Part shown: positions 59,601 to 64,000 of the stretch, piece after piece
How the letters are laid out: the number at the start of each line of letters is the position of its first letter
How positions within the stretch are numbered: position 1 is the first letter of the stretch
Assembly (NCBI GenBank): GCA_000708835.1
Contig: DF236979.1
Location: 62,001 to 126,000 of the forward strand
Direction of reading: 5' to 3'
Length of the DNA: 64,000 nucleotides
Origin: Klebsormidium nitens
Taxonomy: Eukaryota; Plantae; Klebsormidiophyceae
Program-made: the position numbers and the translations under genes
The notes under the pieces: model-generated
Told to the model about the DNA's origin: nothing
Seen by the model: the letters and a program-made list of their open reading frames with translations, nothing else
Databases searched by the model: none

Positions 59601-61232
59601 ACGACTCAAACCGACTTCAACGGGCAACATCTGTGAAACACCATCTATCTTGAGCAGGCTATGCAAGCCTCAAAAGCGAACCGTTCCTGCCGTGCCACTT
59701 TGAATGTCCGAGTCATCGTCATTCTAAAAAGCGATCAGAACTGGCGGTACACAAAAACGTGTGTTGACTCCCAGAGCAGACCCTTCCAAGTTCAAAGCAA
59801 ACGCCTAGGATTATCTCAGAGCAAGGTGACACTGCCTTTGAATCTTCTCCAAGACCTCACAGCCTCACCAATTCAAGAGTTCGTAGGAGAACAGGTACTT
59901 GTCGTTGAAGTTCAAGACGCCGTCACCCCGCCCATCGTAGTGCCAAGTTCTGCCGCAGTTGCATGACCACACCTCCACGCGCGTCGGCACCGGAGCAAGG
60001 AGGTGGAAAATGGTCCCATCGACCGTCGTCCCCTCGCTATCCTCCATCTGCCGCCCGCACCCCAAGCAGACCAGCGCCTCCACCCGCTCCACCGAGCAAC
60101 TGTCTGGAAACTTCCGGCTGCCATCACCCCGCCCGCGCAGGATGTCGACGAGGTGCTCGTCACTTTCGTGAAGCTCTGCGATTGGTTTTCGAGATCTGCA
60201 CTTCAGCTTCCGCTTGCCGGTTCCAACGTCAAACTCCTCTCTGAAGCGCACCTCGAACGCGGCCGCAGACATTCGCGCAGCCATTGACACTCGCTCTCCC
60301 AGTAGTTTCTGGACATGCCAACACTTCTCCTACCCCTTCCCGTAACAACTCGTGCAGCGCCGCCCCCCAGTCTTCGTTTCGATGACCACTATGCACTCCG
60401 TGGCTGAAGTGCCAAGCACCCAGGCCTTGGGCGCCTCCCCAACGAACGGCAGCAGGTAGACGCCATCGCCTTCAGCATCATCTTCCCCACCCGACGCTCC
60501 CACCCGAGGCAGCCCGCAAAGCCCCTCAGCATCTAGCCGGAGCGATGCCGCCAGCATGATCAGAACCTCCAGATGGATGCACTTGTCTGCCTGGCCACAG
60601 AGGTACTGTGGAGACAACGGCGGGTGGCGCACTCCGCTGAATATTGATTTCTGAAGCTCCATCTCAGGGCAGCAGCTGCACCAGTGTGCAATGCCCACTC
60701 CTCCGCCTAACACAGCGATCTGACACAGCCCTGGCATTGCATACGCTTGATGATTCAAAGTTCCTTTCTTCCTGTCAAACTCCGGCATGCAGAAGCTAAC
60801 TTCAGGGAGGCCTTCTTCCAGGTCCGCTTCTGATCCCGCTGGAAGAAGTGGGGGGAGGCAGCCAGCGCACACGGCAAGTAACTGATTGCAGTACAGTTCG
60901 ACAGCACTGTTCCCAGCAAAGACAGCGCCGGCGCCTTCAAAAGGCAGATCTTGCATATCCGGCAAGTCTTGCTGCCATTCTTGCGCACCGGCAAACCCAG
61001 CTCCCTGATCACTGTTCTCAACAGCGCCGCCCTGCCTGACAGGATCTTCTGGTACAGCATTGCCATTGGTAGTTTCTGCAGCACCTTCCCTCTCCTGAAA
61101 TAATCTGGGGTCCTCTAGAATGTCCCTTCTGGACTTGTGCTCAAACGTGCCGTCCTCTCGTAGCACTGCCACATCAGTTTCTTTGCCTTTTGGCCTCCCC
61201 CGCGCCTTTCCTGTATTTGCCCGCTTGCTCAT
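56632..61232 (-). pseudogene. KDZ transposase (~957 aa) with one in-frame TAG
   Basis: Exons 61232-59869, 58948-58065, 57257-56632, phase-consistent. SWIM-like WCSC...CIH, CTSC...CWH, CxC-type cluster (CLGC...CNC..TWHYDG), catalytic region VIGDG / TPGMYPFFC / ESP / FIYDNVC / LNRE / IDWMH..NH..C / NSQ.SEQ.N. Stop at 60330-60332 with coding frame continuing on both sides. Confidence 0.92.
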
Positions 61233-61390
61233 ACTGTGCGGCCTTCCTCCAGAGCCCTTCAGAGCCCTTTGAGGGCTGAATTGAAAGCAGGCCCTGAAAA
61301 GGTGCGCCCCAGATCACAGCCGCCCACACTGGTAGTAACCTTGCTCAGCACTTGCTTCAGACTAGCAATCCGCTGCTTTTTACCCGCCTC

Positions 61391-61516
61391 CGCGGTAGGT
61401 TTAAAAGGGCGGTTTTGCCCGAGGTTTTATAGCTGAGGTTGGGGCCAACCTGCCCTGGGTTTTATGTGTTTTTATACGGCCGACGAGCTGGTCATTTTGA
61501 CCACCGTTATTACTCT
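61391..61516 (-). repeat. Right (sub)terminal inverted repeat of the KDZ element
   Basis: Reverse complement of 50663-50789 with scattered mismatches; palindrome GGTCATTTTGACC retained. Confidence 0.9.
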
Positions 61517-61897
61517 CGTGAAGAATACCGGTAGCCTTTGCTGCAGCGCGTCACGTGACTTGCGCGGCCGGAAAGCGCCGCGCCGCCGCGCTCCCTTATC
61601 GAAGAAATACAGGGTTCTGGGCAGGTTTGAACGATTTGTAGGCTTGAAAGCGTCACGGTGTGAAGCCTAAGGACCCGGGCCCTAGCTGCCTGTAGGTATG
61701 ATGTATCCATTGCATGGTGGAAGCAGCCCACCTGGCCACAATTTGAGCATATGCACAACACTTCGGCAAAACGCTCTGTTTCCATTCTTTTCTCACTGTT
61801 CTGCATTCCATTGTTGTCTTCTGTTCTGCATTTCCCCTTCGGAACGCCTGCTTCTATCGCTGTAGCTCAAAACCCCGCTCCCAATTGTCAGATTCGC

Positions 61898-62169
61898 ATG
61901 CAGAGCCTGTCTGGTTTCTCCTCGCGCGTGCTGCGGGCTTTTCAGAATTCCCAATTCCCAAACCCGAGGTCAATTGCATTGCTGGGAGGCCGCCTCGTAG
62001 CCTCCTTCCAATCATCGGCACCCAATCGTACCTGGATTCACGACCCTCAGACCGACACCCTCATGGCGAATGTGAAGGCTGCGGATCCGAGTTATGCAGA
62101 CTCGGGGCATGAGGACGTGTACGGAGAGGACGATGCAACCAAGGATCTGCCTGTGACCCCATGGGGCAG
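61898..62169 (+). CDS. NADP-ME: NADP-malic enzyme, first exon only
   Basis: EDVYGEDDATKDLPVTPW matches the conserved plant NADP-ME N-terminal motif (DVYGED.AT....VTPW). In-frame ATGs at 61898 and 62063; probable donor AG|GTTTAT at 62169/70. I did not find the next exon (SVASGY.LLRDP) in the window. Confidence 0.7.
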
Positions 62170-62530
62170 GTTTATTGCTAAGTGAGCAGGACGGAATTCT
62201 GCTGGGTCTCTACACTCTTTCTGTGCATTGGAGGGCCCGCTTCTTTTGAGTTATCAAGCACGTGCATTCTCTGGTTGCCAAATCATCAAGCTGATTAGTT
62301 GAGCGTAGTACTGTCGCTTTGACCTTCACACTCAAAGAAGTCGCATGTGCACGTTTTCACAATGTGGCACCTTCAGAAGGTTTCTGGCCCACCCAACCCC
62401 TCTCGGAGATCTGGATCAAGCATACACATTTGAGTGACTTCCTATCTCGCTTCTGTTTTTTGAACTCTGTCTGTATCAACTGTTTTGAACATTTCCTTTC
62501 ATCGAGAAGAGACAATGACAAGACTTGAAA

Positions 62531-62730
62531 AAGAAGCCCCGTCTTACTCCGTGCCAGCAGACGCGCTAATAGGGGGGGGCCCTAGTGTTATTCAGAATAA
62601 TTGGGCGTAAAGGGTTTGTAGGCGGTCAGATTGAGCTCAGACCTTAGCCATAGGCTTAACCTATGGACGGTCTTGCAGCTGTTCTGTCTTTGAGTTGGAT
62701 AGGGAAGAATGGAATTTCTTCTTGTAGGGG
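62531..62730 (+). pseudogene. Degenerate organellar (mitochondrial-type) SSU rRNA fragment, NUMT
   Basis: AGAAGCCCCG..TTACTCCGTGCCAGCAG.CGCG.TAATAGGGGGGGGC..AGTGTTATTC.GAATAATTGGGCGTAAAGGG...GTAGGCGG ... GGAATTTC....TGTAG corresponds to the 515F/V4 region of 16S-type rRNA. The G run resembles streptophyte mitochondrial rns. Confidence 0.8.
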
Positions 62731-64000
62731 CTTCTTAAGTACTTGATGATGTTCGATCACTTGTAGCAATCGCTGACAAAAGGTTTACCAATACATGGTG
62801 CACCAAGAGAAGAGTCGCAGTATCCTCTAAATCTGCAGAATTGCCTCAGAGGCCTGCCTCATAACGGAAGGCTTAAATAGCTGTCTTTTCTGACAAAATT
62901 TGGTGTCCAATAAAAAAATCCAACCACTGTATACAATGCTGTATCCGAGAGTTACAGCTTAATCAACCCAGCACAATCCCAAAGCTTTTCCGCCTCACTT
63001 CAAGATCAACTCTTGTCGCTGTTGATCACCACAAGAACTAAAGATTCTTCTCTTTTGAAGCGACTCAGCTAAATATGCATTCTCACGTCTGTAAACTATG
63101 TTGAGTCCCCATGACTTTCAAAGTCAGGAACTGTTATTGGGGTCAGCTCTACGTTTAAGACTTGGGTCGACTGCAGGAAACATCTCACTTCAAATTCAAA
63201 TTTCAATTTGTCTCTCATCTGTATGGCATGCTGAAGAAAAGACGTAACTTGCCCGGCTCTCCCTTCAATCTGTTCATGTCTACAACCACAATTCTCAAAG
63301 TTGTCGTCTAAGATAGAACAAGTGGTTTGCTGTGCATCTCCCTCGCTTCGTCTAACATACCCCAGCTCATGCCCTTGCTAGTCTCAGCATCCCCCAAAGT
63401 CAGCTGTCTGCACGGCTGCACCATTTAACCCTCTGAAATATACCTGTCGCTTGCTTCTCTTCTTGCAACGTTGGCAATCAGTCTTCCGTCAAGTTGGGAA
63501 GCATTGAATGCCCCTTAATACACTCATTGGTGCAGACCGCTTGCAATGTCCTTGATTCTCCATCTTCGTCACCATATGTGAAAGTCATGTCTTCTAAGGC
63601 CCCTAGGTTGGAGCATTGCTGTAATTGACAAGAGTTCTGACAAGCTTCACCTCCTTTTTGTCGCAATCTGTATTGTCCATGCAGTTCCCATTGGCCTTGT
63701 TTCAGCACCCCTCCATTGCTCCAGCCATGCAGCCTATCCCTGTTCTCAACGCTCGTTAAACAGCACTCTTTCAAAGAAACAGTGCTTTGATTTGGAAACT
63801 CATCCAGATTCGTGTAACCCTCTAAACCTCACTGAAGGCAGTCTCTGCTGCTGCTTGAACTCCTCACCCCCTCGCTGATACCATTTTTCGCTGCAGTGGC
63901 CCAATCGCAGTACCCAACCGCCTCTTCAGTGAGGAGATCATTCCAATGCTTGGAGCCTTTTACTAGCTTCTCTCATCTTTATCAACCTGTTCCTAGAACC

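Larger units (their letters stand above)
50581..61598. mobile_element. ~11-kb Kyakuja-Dileera-Zisupton (KDZ) DNA transposon with long inverted repeats and two convergent genes
   Basis: KDZ transposase (-) and EIN3-like gene (+) enclosed by inverted repeats 50663-50789 / 61391-61516. A symmetric TAAGGGAG / CTCCCTTA pair at 50581 / 61598 is the tentative outer limit. No 8-bp TSD found, so the exact ends are uncertain. Confidence 0.85.

Noticed and set aside
50573-61606. 8-bp target-site duplication for the KDZ element
   Set aside because: The flanks of the tentative ends (AGTAACTT vs TCGAAGAA) do not match. Only a TA on each side is compatible, which is too weak to call.
5073-62169. Carbonic anhydrase and NADP-malic enzyme in one window as a carbon-concentrating gene cluster
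   Set aside because: They are more than 50 kb apart and separated by unrelated genes; there is no evidence of co-regulation.
62800-64000. Minus-strand ORF 63478-63774 and neighbours as a gene
   Set aside because: Interrupted by stops in all frames with no recognisable domain; probably intronic relic DNA.

Overview
Intron-rich eukaryotic nuclear DNA from a streptophyte. Intron sizes and gene content suggest a charophyte alga such as Klebsormidium (inference). I spliced the genes by hand across GT-AG junctions, checking reading phase. Left to right: a plastid-targeted glucose/ribitol-dehydrogenase-type SDR (-, runs off the left edge); a Tc1/mariner-type MITE; a secreted alpha-carbonic anhydrase (+); two paralogous two-exon single-pass membrane proteins of no family I recognise (-), with an intronless multi-TM ORF between them; a 14-exon peroxisomal copper amine oxidase (-); PSA2 (+); a 23-exon SOS1 Na+/H+ antiporter (-) whose introns carry many duplicated copies of its own splice junctions; an ~11 kb Kyakuja-Dileera-Zisupton (KDZ) transposon; and the first exon of an NADP-malic enzyme (+), followed by a mitochondrial-type SSU rRNA fragment. 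The standout is the KDZ element. It has ~127 bp inverted repeats and two convergent genes: the KDZ transposase, and a second gene whose N-terminal ~320 aa align with the EIN3/EIL ethylene-response transcription-factor domain and which is fused to a C2H2 finger. Both genes carry only a few disabling lesions. The element sits in what would otherwise be a ~0.5 kb divergent promoter between SOS1 and NADP-ME. Protein family comparisons were made from recalled reference sequences, not database searches.
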